In this document: positions 23,350 to 34,980 of the stretch, piece by piece
How positions within the stretch are numbered: the first letter of the stretch is position 1
How the letters are laid out: every line of letters starts with the position of its first letter
NCBI GenBank assembly: GCA_963733675.1
Contig: CAVTET010000015.1
Location: forward strand, 1-64,000
DNA length: 64,000 nt
Source: an uncultured Methanosarcinaceae archaeon
Lineage (GTDB): Archaea > Halobacteriota > Methanosarcinia > Methanosarcinales > Methanosarcinaceae
Reading direction: 5' to 3'
Position numbers and translations under genes: made by a program
The notes under the pieces: generated by a model
Seen by the model: only the letters and a program-made list of their open reading frames with translations
What the model was told of the DNA's origin: nothing
Database searches by the model: none

Positions 23350-23912
23350 TGGTAGAAATAACGGTGGGAATTAGCGGAGCTTCAGGGGTTCGGTATGGAA
23401 TCCGCCTTCTTGAAATATTGGCGGAAAAAGGGATTAAAACTCACCTGATTTTGACCGATGTTGCAATTCAGATAATAGAACTCGAAACTGATTACACTCC
23501 CTCAGCGGTGTTAAAGCTTGCAACCTGGAATTATTCCCCTAAAGACTTTTCAGCTCCGGTAGCAAGCGGCTCTTATAGGGTAGCAGGAATGGTTATTGCT
23601 CCCTGCAGCATGAAAACTCTTGGTGCAGTAGCAAACGGGATATCTGATAATCTTCTTACGAGGGCCGCAGAAGTTTGTCTTAAAGAAGAGAGGAAGCTTA
23701 TTTTAATGACTAGAGAAACTCCGCTTAGTCTCCCACATCTTGAAAATATGCTTCAGGCCAAAAAGGCAGGAGCAAGCATTCTTCCAGCCTGTCCAGGCTT
23801 CTATTCAAAGCCTAAAACCCTCGAAGATCTAATAGATATAATGGTAGGAAGAGCTCTTGACATTCTGGGGATCGAAAACTGTATTTATCAGCGATGGGGT
23901 GAAGGCAAATAA
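23349..23912 (+). CDS. ubiX: Flavin prenyltransferase UbiX
   Basis: GISGASG, ASGS, APCSMKTL, RAAEV.LKE.R.L and RETPL. Confidence 0.95.
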   Translation: MVEITVGISGASGVRYGIRLLEILAEKGIKTHLILTDVAIQIIELETDYTPSAVLKLATWNYSPKDFSAPVASGSYRVAGMVIAPCSMKTLGAVANGISDNLLTRAAEVCLKEERKLILMTRETPLSLPHLENMLQAKKAGASILPACPGFYSKPKTLEDLIDIMVGRALDILGIENCIYQRWGEGK

Positions 23913-23999
23913 ATTATGGGAAAAATAACTTCTGGAAAAATCTAGAAATTGGAATACTTCACTAACCCGTAATCGATGGTTTCAAAAATAGATTTACTT

Positions 24000-24618
24000 C
24001 TTATAGCCTAATTAAATGATGATTGTAAGTATATATGTTCTTTTTAAATGTGTACTTCATTTCATCGTTTTTGATTTATTTTCTTGAGGTTTATCCATTT
24101 TTGCATACCCCATAACTAAATGAATAAAAGTAGCGTCTTGAATCAGTCTCTTTTTCATTTTCAAACAAGGCAATTAAGTTGGCTTTTCAATTATCACCAT
24201 ATTTATTTCTTCTTTGCAGTTATCAACAATTCTTTTTCTGAATGATCAGACTGTTGTACTTTTTGGCATGTACTCAGGAAAACCAAGAAATTTCTCTAAT
24301 TAAATTCGATAAATACTTTGTTTCTCAAGTTCAAAATCGTCATGCCATTTATGTGAACCAATCATTTTAATCATAAAGATTATCTCAGGTTTAAGTCTCT
24401 TCATTAAGCTGTTTTGTTCAAAGACATGGATGAAAAATGATACGAACAGATCTCCAATCAATTAAAAAAATCAATTTCAGCAAGTTTGGATCCAACTGAC
24501 TAAAATGTTTGTATTCTTCTTTAAGAGTAAACTCATTAAAAGTTTTCATTAGTAAAAATTAATGTTCAGGATTTAAACTAGCCAATATTCAAATGTATAG
24601 GATTTTATCGAAATCCTC
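24000..24618 (-). mobile_element. IS5-family transposase relic with left TIR
   Basis: TIR ggattttatcgaaatcctc at 24600-24618; minus strand MKTFNEFTLKEEYK..SVGSKLAEIDFLIDW, and later FLGFPEYMP. Confidence 0.75.
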
Positions 24619-25441
24619 TCTAACTATAAAATAGTGTAAACTAGTAATAGATATTTGGATCAAAATCGGATTGTAGAACCTTAAATTGTGAAGACAGTTA
24701 GTGGAAAATTATATATATGACAATCTCATATGGGCTCCTGCTATGGAGCTGACTATTCATGAAAAACATTTGTTACTTCTCAGATAGCACATGTTCATAG
24801 AATGGCTGAGTTTATAATTGGTACTTGCAGATCCAGGCATTGTTGTAATGGTGGTGGACAATGTATGACTAAGAGAGATATCCCCTTTAAAAAGCTCTAC
24901 ACTGCAGTTGGTAAACTCTTCACAGTAATGGTTTTAGCCTTTTGCAGAACCCGCATTGCACACTACTTTTCAAGCCAGGAAAAACAGATATAGAAGGCGC
25001 TTATGCTGCAAATATAATTATTGACAGTTATTCGGTTGTTTGTTAGGTTTTCCCATAGAACTCTTAGATGTCATTTTAAAGTTATATAAATCACTGGCAA
25101 GCTATAACCAATAAGAGAGCCATCTAAATGGCTGATTTCATCAATAAAAACTTTAAGAAGTGGCGTTTTTCAGGAAATGTTTAAATACACGAGAATGACG
25201 TGGTTGACAACAATGTGAAGAGATTAAATTGATGCATGTCCGAGAAGGGCCAGATAAGTTATATTGCAAGAGAGGGGAGAGAAAAAGCAACAATCTCAGT
25301 CAGAAATACAGCAAAACATGCTTGAAGATGAAGCCTTTTGTAGGGTTTTAATTCTTACTCTCAGACTTTATCTAATAAATGCCGGTAATAATTTTGATCT
25401 ATAATTTATAAACACTTGTAAAGTAAATAGGAGGTGGAAAT

Positions 25442-26150
25442 ATGGAGAACGAATCCAAAAAAAAAATAAATGAGAGTATCTTTTTTTTGAGCGAAATGGT
25501 GGGGACAAAAATAATTCTCAACGGCAAAAAAATAGGGAAATTATTAGACCTCATTATAATTGAAAAGGACAAGGTAGCAGAGGCCACACACATCGTGGTA
25601 AGTAGACCGTTTGGCTATCCCTCATTAATGGTACCTTGGGGCAATGTCAGTTCATTCGATGAAATGACTATCAATATAAGTCTCGATAATGTGGAAAAAT
25701 TCGCCTGCAAAGTTCCTGTGGGATTTATCCTTCTTAAGGATTATGTTCTAGATAAGAAAATTCAAGATATAGAAGGTACAGATGTTAAAGTTGTATACGA
25801 TATAAAGATGGTACTAAGGAAAAACAAACTCTATGTCACCGATGTGGATCCATCTGAAAATGCGCTATTTCGGAGGTTGGGTCTTGAGAAATTTGTGAAT
25901 TTGATCCACAGGAAATACGACAAAAGTAAGAACATGCTCATCCCCTGGTTCTATGTTCAAGCCCTTCCTCCAAATATTGGAAGTTTTACCGGCGATGTAA
26001 AGTTAAATATATTGAAGGAGAAACTGAACTATCTTCCACCTGTGGACATTGCAGAAATTCTGGAATAGTTTGGTCACTCGCAAGGGCTGACTGTCATCAA
26101 TCAGCTAGCTGCAGAAAATGCTTATGATACCTTAAAGGAATTGGCCTTAA
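25442..26150 (+). pseudogene. PRC-barrel/MgtE N-terminal domain protein, truncated
   Basis: FLSEMVG..KIGKLLDL, VLDKKIQDIEG..VVYDIKM and PVDIAEILE, then a premature TAG at 26066-26068; the expected CBS part is missing. Confidence 0.65.
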
Positions 26151-27205
26151 TATGTAAAGTTAGATTCTCATAGTCTTAGAGTGAAAATTCAGTCAGTTTT
26201 CATAATTTCACATAAAGTTATTAGGACTGTTTTGTTCTTCCCATATTTTATGGCCCACCTGAAGTTAGGATCTAAGTTCGTCGCTGCAATCACTACTGCC
26301 ATTTAGTTGAAATGAAAATCCAACTATTTTTTACCTATTTTACAATTGGCGACTTTTCCACTACGTCTTTTTTTTTCTATAAAAAAACACAAATTGTATT
26401 TGCTCAGTATTTCACAGCATTTTAGAGTTGTTCGATTCTTTTATGTCCTTATTTCACAATGAATGCAATATAATTTGTTTGTTGTTCAGCCATACAATTC
26501 GATAAATATTTTAAATTAAAAAAAACGAGTGTTATAAAAATGATTTTCTTCCCCCCACATAGCTGCATTTTAACAAAAATTAAAATATTGTGACAATCCG
26601 ATTTGTTGTTAAATAAAATATATTTATAAAGTTAACAAGTTGATTTAATATATAACTACTATAACTACCTATATTGTTTACATCTATAGATTGTCATTAT
26701 TTGGAAATTAATTAATGTTTATTTCATAAAATAATAAAGATATTATTTATTCTGTAACCCTGCAAAATGTCCAGGAAATTGTATGAAAGATCTGTAATCT
26801 CCCATTATAACAGTAAGCTTTTACTACTGTCGTAGCTGTCAATGCTATATACAATATCATAAGTCTGATAGCAATTAGCTTCTTAGACATGATACTTATT
26901 ATATAATCCTAAGTTAAAAATTTTTAGCAAAATAAATATGTTAATTATCATATATCCATTGATGAAATTTATAATGTTCGTTTTGGTATATAATTGGGTG
27001 TATAGTTAGCATAGTTTCGCTAAAGCTCTAGATTAATCTAATCTCGAAATATATTTTAGAATGACCCACTGTAACCCAATGAAACTGATAAATCCTGGTT
27101 TTTGTGATGAATAAAAGCTGCACTTTTAAGAATCATACCAATAATCCTTTGCATATAGGTAATTGATCGTTAGTAATATATTCATATAATGACATTTTGG
27201 GAAAT

Positions 27206-28384
27206 ATGAAAGCATGCATCATGTGTGGTGGTACCGGAACAAGGCTTAGACCACTGACTTTTAAATATCCTAAACCGAGCATACCGATCATAAATATACC
27301 ATCCGTTTTACATTTGATAGAGCATCTATCGCGAGAAGGTTTCAATGAAATAATTATTACACTTGGATATATGGGAGAGCACATAGAAGAACAGCTTGGA
27401 GATGGGCATATATTCGGGGTGCATATAGATTACGTTTATGAGAAAGAAAAGCTTGGAACTGCAGGAGGGGTTAAAAATGCCGAAAAATATTTAAAAAATG
27501 AACCATTTATCGTGGTTGGTGGGGACCATGTCCTTGACCTGAATCTTAGAGAGATGTACCGTTTCCATGAAGCTAACGATGCTCAAGTGACCATAGGTCT
27601 TCTGTCGATTGATGACCCAAGAGAGTTTGGAATTGTAGATATGGATATTAACAACCGGATCCATCGTTTCTTGGAAAAACCGACGACAGGTCAGATATTT
27701 AGCAATCTTGCGAGTACAGGCATCTATATTTGCACTCCTTCTATTTTTGAATGGATACCTGAAAACAAAAAGTACGATTTTGCAAAAGATCTCTTTCCAT
27801 CCATGCTTGCAGCCAATGTAAAAATTCACGGAATGCTTGTTAGGGGAAAATGGACTGATGTGGGAAGTTCAGCGGCTTATAGACAAGCACAGCGCTGGAT
27901 GCTTGATGAACTTCCAGGAACAACAATTGAAGGGAATTTCACAACCAGAAATGCTAGAATACGAGGTCCTCTATCTATCGGACACAATGTATCGGTAGGT
28001 TCCAATTCTTCACTTGTAGGACCAATAGCCATCGGAAAAAAAACAACAATAGGAAAGAATGTCCTTATTGGACCTTACAGTGTTATAGGCTCAAATTGCA
28101 CGATTGGTAACTATGCAAAGATTTTTTCATCTTCTCTTTTTGATAATGTGAACATAGGGAAATATTCGAATATTTCGGGAGCTGTGGTGGCAGATGAAAC
28201 AATTGTAGGAGATAATTGTTACCTTGAAAATGGAACTTTAATCGGGCATAAAGTTGTTGTAGGGAACAATTCTATCATCCATTCGGGAGTCAAAGTCTGG
28301 CCGGAAATAAAGATAGATCAGAACTCAAGCATAAAAGAAACTTTAATCAACTCTGATTATGACATTAATTGTGAAAGTTCCTGA
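27206..28384 (+). CDS. NDP-sugar synthase (mannose-1-phosphate guanylyltransferase-like) with hexapeptide-repeat tail
   Basis: CGGTGTRLRPLT..PKP, LGTAGG, FLEKP and WTDVG; C-terminal left-handed beta-helix repeats. Confidence 0.92.
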   Translation: MKACIMCGGTGTRLRPLTFKYPKPSIPIINIPSVLHLIEHLSREGFNEIIITLGYMGEHIEEQLGDGHIFGVHIDYVYEKEKLGTAGGVKNAEKYLKNEPFIVVGGDHVLDLNLREMYRFHEANDAQVTIGLLSIDDPREFGIVDMDINNRIHRFLEKPTTGQIFSNLASTGIYICTPSIFEWIPENKKYDFAKDLFPSMLAANVKIHGMLVRGKWTDVGSSAAYRQAQRWMLDELPGTTIEGNFTTRNARIRGPLSIGHNVSVGSNSSLVGPIAIGKKTTIGKNVLIGPYSVIGSNCTIGNYAKIFSSSLFDNVNIGKYSNISGAVVADETIVGDNCYLENGTLIGHKVVVGNNSIIHSGVKVWPEIKIDQNSSIKETLINSDYDINCESS

Positions 28385-28808
28385 GATATAGGCCTTAACG
28401 AATCGAAACTGGAATAAAGGTTAAAGTGAATATCAAATGAGGAATATAATAATTAATTATATATCACATAGTCACAAGATTATATGCAGAAATTGTCCCG
28501 GATACGTATACGAGTCAATTTTGGATTCATAAATTGAATTTTTCAGAACAAGATAAACTTTTAGGAATCCAAATTAATTTTTTCATATTCTGCGGCTTTT
28601 ACAGGCTTTGAATATTTTTTAGTTAATAGAAAAACTCGTACCCTAATTTTTTTTGAGATTATTCTCTTATTTTTTAATATACAACTAATTTAATGAAAAA
28701 TTTTTGAAAATGATTCTGGAAATATTTTTTTAACAAAGTAGACATACCCTGAGACGGCAAATTTATCAGGGTTCTAGCTTCAATTCATTCCTTTTTTTGC
28801 TAATGACC

Positions 28809-30425
28809 TCAATGTAGAAAGTGACGCATACCTGTGAAAATCATGGCAACTCCCAGAAGATTTGCTGTAGCTATAACTTCACGGTCCCGGATTGATCCTC
28901 CAGGAGAAATTATATAGCGAATGTTATTTTCTGCTGCATGGATTATACTGTCATCAAATGGGAAAAAAGCATCAGAAGCCATAACACATTCAGACATAGT
29001 CTTCTGGCAATACTCCTGAAAGGATATATCCGGTTTATTTCGTCCATAGATTACCCTCAGATTTTCTATAGCCTTTGTGGCTGCAAGTTTGCGAATTGAG
29101 TCAACCCTATTCGGCTGACCTGCACCTATAGACAGTACCATGAAAAATCCTGGATTATATTCGTGAGCAAGGACTATTGCATTGGATTTGGTTGCTTTAC
29201 AGGCTTTAAGGCAAAATTTTGAGAGAGAATTTTTGGATTCAGGATAAGGAATGTCGGTTACTGACTCCCATTTTTCATAGAGTCCGGTGTCGCGGCTTTG
29301 CTTGAGCATGCCACCGATTATATATTTATATGTGTACTTAGTCCCTAAATCTTTTCTGAGCTCCGGCAGCTTTAGGAGTCTCAAATTTTCACTTTTGTTT
29401 TTAAGGTATTCAAAGGCATCTGGATTAAAGTCAGGAGCAAGAATAATCTCCACAAATTTTTCATTCAAAATAGTAGCACTTTCCAGGTCAAAAATTTCAT
29501 TCGTGCAGATTATACTTCCGTAAGCTGAAATTGGGTCTCCATCCCAAGCAGCGTTAAGAGCTTGAATAAGTGTGTTTCCAGTAGCAAGTCCGCAGGGATT
29601 ATTATGTTTCACGATTGCCACTGCTGGGAAGGCGTTTCCAAGTTCTATGACAGTCTGAAGGGCATTGTCGGCATCAACATAATTGTTATAGGATAGTTCC
29701 TTTCCATGTAGCTGAGTGGCTTTTGCTAGGCTAGGACCTTTAATTTTTGGTTCCTTGTAGAAGTAGGCTTCTTGGTGCCAGTTTTCTCCATAGCGAAGTT
29801 TCACACCGTCAGTAAACTTCAGGTGGAGTACGTTTTCTCCGAGCAATGTACTGCTCAGGTAAGAATCGATAACAGCATCATAATCAGCAGTGTGCCTAAA
29901 GGCCTTGACCGCAAGGGCAGCTCGGGTCGCATCAGAGACTACCCCATTTGAGCGTAATTCTTTAAGGATGTGTCCGTAATCTGCTGGATCGGAGAGTACA
30001 GTCACAGAACGGTAGTTCTTGGCTGCAGAACGAAGAAGTGTTGGACCTCCAATGTCTATATTTTCGATGGCTTCTTCCAGTTCCACACCCCTTTTTGATG
30101 CCGTCATCTCAAAGGGATAAAGGTTTACAGCTATAAGATCAATAAGTGAGATATCTTCTTTTACAGCCTCTGCTATCTGTTCCTTGCTGTCCCGTAGACA
30201 TAAAAGCCCACCATGAATTTTTGGATGAAGAGTCTTGACTCTCCCTCCCATCATTTCTGGATAGCCTGTTACTTCCGAAACATCGATAATTCCAATGCCT
30301 GCGCCGCGTAGAATTTTTGCTGTTCCGCCTGTTGAAATGATCTTCACACCAAGTGATTCAAGCCCGCGTGCGAATTCTGCAATTCCTGTTTTATCTGAGA
30401 CGCTGAGCAATGCTCTTTTTACCAA
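28809..30425 (-). CDS. purH: Bifunctional AICAR transformylase/IMP cyclohydrolase
   Basis: ALLSVSDKTG, STGGTA, GRVKTLHP, IDIGGP, LRYGEN, KHNNPCG and ASDAFFPF. Confidence 0.97.
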   Translation of the reverse strand: MVKRALLSVSDKTGIAEFARGLESLGVKIISTGGTAKILRGAGIGIIDVSEVTGYPEMMGGRVKTLHPKIHGGLLCLRDSKEQIAEAVKEDISLIDLIAVNLYPFEMTASKRGVELEEAIENIDIGGPTLLRSAAKNYRSVTVLSDPADYGHILKELRSNGVVSDATRAALAVKAFRHTADYDAVIDSYLSSTLLGENVLHLKFTDGVKLRYGENWHQEAYFYKEPKIKGPSLAKATQLHGKELSYNNYVDADNALQTVIELGNAFPAVAIVKHNNPCGLATGNTLIQALNAAWDGDPISAYGSIICTNEIFDLESATILNEKFVEIILAPDFNPDAFEYLKNKSENLRLLKLPELRKDLGTKYTYKYIIGGMLKQSRDTGLYEKWESVTDIPYPESKNSLSKFCLKACKATKSNAIVLAHEYNPGFFMVLSIGAGQPNRVDSIRKLAATKAIENLRVIYGRNKPDISFQEYCQKTMSECVMASDAFFPFDDSIIHAAENNIRYIISPGGSIRDREVIATANLLGVAMIFTGMRHFLH

Positions 30426-30566
30426 AAAATCACCAATATAAATAATTTAAAAATTATTAGCTATAAAACTTCTGGTTTACACATTATTTAATCATAATGT
30501 AAATTTTTTCCTGAGAAAATTGGACTTTGGAACACCATATTTGGTTTTTTTTTAGTTGGATTTATC

Positions 30567-31000
30567 GGTTCTGTAGTAATCCTTAATTTAATTCAAATTA
30601 TTTTTACTATCATTTATATTTACATTATAGGCTGTCCGTTTAAATTTCACTTATTTGATTTGATTATGGAACTTTCTATTTCGAAGTACTCTCTAAACTT
30701 CCTTTTGAAAACAAAGAACTTTGTCTTAGTCATATTTCTTTGATTGTATTTTAATATTATCAAAGATTTAATCTAGCTGTCTTCTATATTTCCCAAAATT
30801 TTCTTTCCCTTTCTTTTTTATACAGGTCTGGTTAGTCTGCTTTTTCGGAAGCGTATCCTTTATCCGTCACACACTATTAAGATTTTCTTTTATCCTATTT
30901 GATTGTCTTATCAGAGAATTTGCATGTTTGATTTCGATATATTTTTTTGACTAATTTTACATTCTTAATACTAACTTTTTAGCTTTTTGGATTGATATTG
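30567..31000 (-). mobile_element. IS5-family transposase relic (second type)
   Basis: Minus-strand fragments KHANSLIRQS, DKGY and YNQRN...FKRKF; end motif ggttctgtagtaatcc at 30567. Confidence 0.55.
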
Positions 31001-31369
31001 AAATTTTCAAGGAACTCCTTCGTAGCTTCCCTGTTTTGCGGGAATAATAATAACTGTCTCAGAACTTGTAATTCCGGCTATATTAATTGCCGTAAAATAG
31101 ATTATTTATACATGTGAGTAAAAAACGTTAGAGTTTTTGATAAAAGAAGGTTAAACAGATATGAGAGAATTCTGGATACAAACTTTTGATGAGTAGTGAA
31201 ATTGGGAGTCTTATTAAGATCTAGTTTTTATTCTATTTATCGTTCATTAGGTCAATAAATTATAAAAAAAATCGTGATATTCTGTACTAATATATTCATT
31301 CAACAAAATCTGAACAAGAAGTTGATGCTGGGTATAAACATGTTCGGAATATTTGCCGGAATAAATTTC

Positions 31370-31514
31370 ACAAGTTTATCTGCAACTAACTGAAGAAGTG
31401 TATATTTATCTTGAAGAGCAAAATCAATAAGATTTTTCATGAATAAAAAAAACTCAATGTTAAGTGATTTAAACTCTCCAAAACTCAAATGTATAAGAGT
31501 TTATCGAAATTCTC
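31370..31514 (-). mobile_element. Left end of an IS5-family element (TIR plus transposase N-terminus)
   Basis: TIR agagtttatcgaaattctc at 31496-31514; MKNLIDFALQDKYTLLQLVADKL parallels the relic at 24000-24618. Confidence 0.7.
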
Positions 31515-31689
31515 TACAATAACCTCAGTTTTCTTTGTTAACTCAAAAATTAATTTCGAAAGTAATTTTTCACTATAAATAATAGGGTTTTTGTACTCTA
31601 ATGCTAGAATAAAGGAAAAACTAATAAAGGAGTAAAAGTTCAATTTGATATAGATTCCATTAATCAAAAATCAGGTAAAAGGTAAAAAT

Positions 31690-32973
31690 ATGGTTTCAAA
31701 GGACCTTCCCTTCACCAAAGAGAAAATTCTTGAAATAATTAAAAAGCATCCTACTCCTTTTCATATCTATGATGAAAAAGCTATTCTGGAAAATGCCAGA
31801 AAAATGAAAGCAGCCTTCGGGAAAGTTTCAGGCTTCAAGGAGTTTTTTGCCGTAAAAGCTCTCCCAAACCCCTTTATTCTCAAAATTCTCAAGAAAGAAG
31901 GTTTCGGTGTGGATTGCAGTTCTCTGCCTGAGTTAATCCTTGCTGAAAAAGTGGGACTAATTGGTGAAGATATTATGTTCAGCTCAAACGACACTCCTTT
32001 CGAAGAGTTTATAAAAGCGAGAGATATTGGGGCCTATATTAACCTTGATGATATAAACCATGTTGATTATCTGAAAAAATATGCCGGACTTCCGAAAGTT
32101 ATCTGCTTCAGGTACAATCCAGGTCCTCTTAAAAGAGGAAATCTCATCATAGGAAAACCGGAAGAGGCAAAATATGGACTTACGAGAGACCAGCTTTTTG
32201 AAGGCTACCGCATACTCAGAGATAGGGGAGTTAAGCGTTTTGGAATGCATACGATGGTTGCCTCGAACGAGCTAGACCCTGATTATTTTGTGGAAACCGC
32301 AAGAATACTTTTTGAACTCATAGTTGAAATCTCAAAGGAATTAGATATAACTTTTGAATTTGTGAACCTTGGTGGCGGCATAGGAATTCCCTATCTGCCA
32401 AATCAGGATCCAGTCTCCTTTGAAACTGTGGCTGAAGGTGTCAACGAATCCTATGCTTCCATAATCACTGCAAACGGACTATCTCCACTCAAAGTCTTCC
32501 TGGAATGTGGCCGAGTTATCACAGGTCCCTATGGCTATCTTATTTCCCAGGTAAGGCATCTCAAACATACTTATAAAGATTATGTTGGAATGGACTCTTG
32601 TATGGCAAACTTGATGCGCCCTGGAATATACGGAGCCTATCATCATATAACCGTTCTAGGTAAAGAAAAGGAAGATGCTATCCATAAGTATGATGTAACT
32701 GGTTCTCTATGCGAAAATAATGATAAGTTCGCTGTCGATAGGCTCCTTCCTGAGATCGAAATTGGTGATATCCTTGCAATTCACGATGCTGGAGCTCACG
32801 GGCACTCCATGGGTTTCAATTACAACGGAAAACTCAGGTCTGCTGAACTTCTTTTAAGAGTAGATGGTAGCGTTGTGCAGATAAGGAGATCTGAAACTAT
32901 TGAAGATTATTTTGCAACTCTTGATTTCGAAGCCCTGAATAATTTCAAGGTAGATGTTGGTTTGTTAGAATAG
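31690..32973 (+). CDS. lysA: Diaminopimelate decarboxylase
   Basis: TPFHIYDE, FAVKA (PLP Lys), NLGGG, ECGR, GSLCENND and GAHGHSMGFNYN. Confidence 0.95.
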   Translation: MVSKDLPFTKEKILEIIKKHPTPFHIYDEKAILENARKMKAAFGKVSGFKEFFAVKALPNPFILKILKKEGFGVDCSSLPELILAEKVGLIGEDIMFSSNDTPFEEFIKARDIGAYINLDDINHVDYLKKYAGLPKVICFRYNPGPLKRGNLIIGKPEEAKYGLTRDQLFEGYRILRDRGVKRFGMHTMVASNELDPDYFVETARILFELIVEISKELDITFEFVNLGGGIGIPYLPNQDPVSFETVAEGVNESYASIITANGLSPLKVFLECGRVITGPYGYLISQVRHLKHTYKDYVGMDSCMANLMRPGIYGAYHHITVLGKEKEDAIHKYDVTGSLCENNDKFAVDRLLPEIEIGDILAIHDAGAHGHSMGFNYNGKLRSAELLLRVDGSVVQIRRSETIEDYFATLDFEALNNFKVDVGLLE

Positions 32974-33465
32974 GACTATATAACAAAATGGTTTTATTAT
33001 ATATATTTTTATAAATATGTCAAATTTAAATACTAATACAGTTAATCGGGGTCAAAAATTCACTAATAAAACTGAATCAATTATTTTTTTTGCCAATATT
33101 TAGGATTAGTTAGTTCCAGGAGTTGCGAAAAACCTTCGAAAGGGTTCTCTTTATGTTTTATCCAAAAGAAGGAAAAGTACTCGTTTTCATAATATTGATC
33201 AATAACTGATGGATAAGAGCAAAAGTACAAAAATTACTTTTAATTTATGAATTATTAATTTTAATTTCTAAATTTTTAATGTGGATTTTTAATCAAAAAG
33301 ATGTTTTTCACTTTAATGCTTAAAGAGATATCCATGGCTACATCTGTATCTATAATTTTTAAACAAAAAGCTGTAGCTACTGCAGAACAAAGAATAAGGT
33401 TCTCGATGCAGATATTTGTTGCTGCTGCAGATTCTACGAAAATAACTGGGTCATATACTTTTTAT

Positions 33466-34320
33466 GGTTCCGTTGCAAAAAATCCTTTCTAATGATACAA
33501 TAGAATAAAAAGAAAACCAAAGATAGTAACATGCTATCTAATTCCTTTAAATGGAAGCATTATGAAGGGGAAATTATCTTATTGAATGTAAGATGGTACT
33601 TAAAATATGCATTAAGTTATAGAAATTTAAAGGAAATGATGGCAGAAAGGGGAGTAAAAGTCGACCATACAACAATCATGAGATGGGTACATCAATATTC
33701 CCCTGAAATAGAAAAGAAGATAAGAAGACATTTAAGACCAACAAATGATTCGTGGAGAGTTGATGAAACCTATATCAAAGTAAAAGGTAAATGGAAATAT
33801 TTTTACCGAGCAGTTGACTCAAATGGAGAAACAATCGATTTCATGTTAAGTTCAAAACGAGATAGAAAGGCAGCGAAGAGATTCTTTAAGAAAGCTTTAA
33901 GTTCTAATCATAATCAAATTCCAAGATTAATAACCGTTGATAAGAATCCAGCTTATCCACCTGCTATAGATAAACTAAAAATTGATAAAATACTACCTAA
34001 AAACGTAGGCATTCGACAAATCAAGTATTTGAATAACATTATAGAACAAGATCACAGATCTATAAAGAGAATCGTTAATCCAATGTTAGGATTTCAGTCT
34101 TTTCGATCTGCTAATAAGACTTTAAAAGGAATTGAAGCTATAAATATGATCAAAAAAGGACAAGTAATCGATTTAAATTACTCTGTTCTTAATGAAGTCA
34201 AATACATTAATCACTTGTTTGGTATAGCTTTATAATGTTAGTACATTTTCCTTGAATATTTTGATTTTTATTAATCACTTATAGATTTACATATTTTGTT
34301 GAAGTTTTTGCAACGGAACC
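33466..34320 (+). mobile_element. IS6-family insertion sequence, copy 2 (855 bp) with 8-bp TSD
   Basis: Perfect 16-bp IRs GGTTCCGTTGCAAAAA; CTTTTTAT duplicated at 33458-33465 and 34321-34328. Confidence 0.97.
33531..34235 (+). CDS. IS6-family DDE transposase
   Basis: 234 aa; five amino-acid differences from copy 1. Confidence 0.95.
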   Translation: MLSNSFKWKHYEGEIILLNVRWYLKYALSYRNLKEMMAERGVKVDHTTIMRWVHQYSPEIEKKIRRHLRPTNDSWRVDETYIKVKGKWKYFYRAVDSNGETIDFMLSSKRDRKAAKRFFKKALSSNHNQIPRLITVDKNPAYPPAIDKLKIDKILPKNVGIRQIKYLNNIIEQDHRSIKRIVNPMLGFQSFRSANKTLKGIEAINMIKKGQVIDLNYSVLNEVKYINHLFGIAL

Positions 34321-34759
34321 CTTTTTATTATATGACTTACGAATTTGAAGTTCCTAAAGATTAAAACTATTTATAAATATAATTATTTAAAAAAGTTGTA
34401 AGAATGGATAAAGTCATGTCGATAAATCTACCCAGATGTACTTGCTTGATAATATCATTTTAATTATTGCTAAGTCTATCGTTTTTTAGCTACGGAAGCT
34501 TATAATATTCTTCTTCCACAATCAATGCTCATCAACATTATTATTTTACTCGTATCATTCAAAAGTAACTCTCTATACAGATCATTTATTCTTATCTATA
34601 ATGTCGATGAATTCAATCGATTTGCTGTGTTGCCTCGGATGCGAGAAAATGATATTTCTGTGCCATTTTCTGGATATAAATAAACTATTCAAATTTAAAT
34701 ATTTTCATTTGCTTATATTAGTCTTTTTCTTCATGGTTTCCTTTATCTTCAGAGTAGTT

Positions 34760-34980
34760 TTTAATCAAATCGGAAGTAGTTCATCCCAATGGTTCAAATA
34801 TAACCTCCATAATTACACAGTTCACCATCTAATAAATGTTTTTTAACTTCAGAGTGTTCTTTAAAGATTTTGTTTGCTGTAATACTTTTTATAATATTCA
34901 TCAACCTTAATGGGAAATATTTTGGTTCAACCAACGAAAAGATGTACATAATAACATATTGCTTATTGTAGAACAATCAA
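34760..34980 (-). mobile_element. IS200-family tnpA relic
   Basis: EPKYFPLRLMNIIKSITANKIFKEHSEVKKHL.DGE...GGYI resembles the TnpA C-terminal half. Confidence 0.65.

Noticed and set aside
25030-25140. M-box (ykoK) riboswitch upstream of the MgtE-like gene
   Set aside because: Only a gttaggt fragment resembles it and the other conserved blocks are absent; an Infernal search would be needed
16565-34320. Composite transposon bounded by the two IS6 copies
   Set aside because: Copy 2 has its own TSD, the outer flanks do not match, and the enclosed genes are housekeeping
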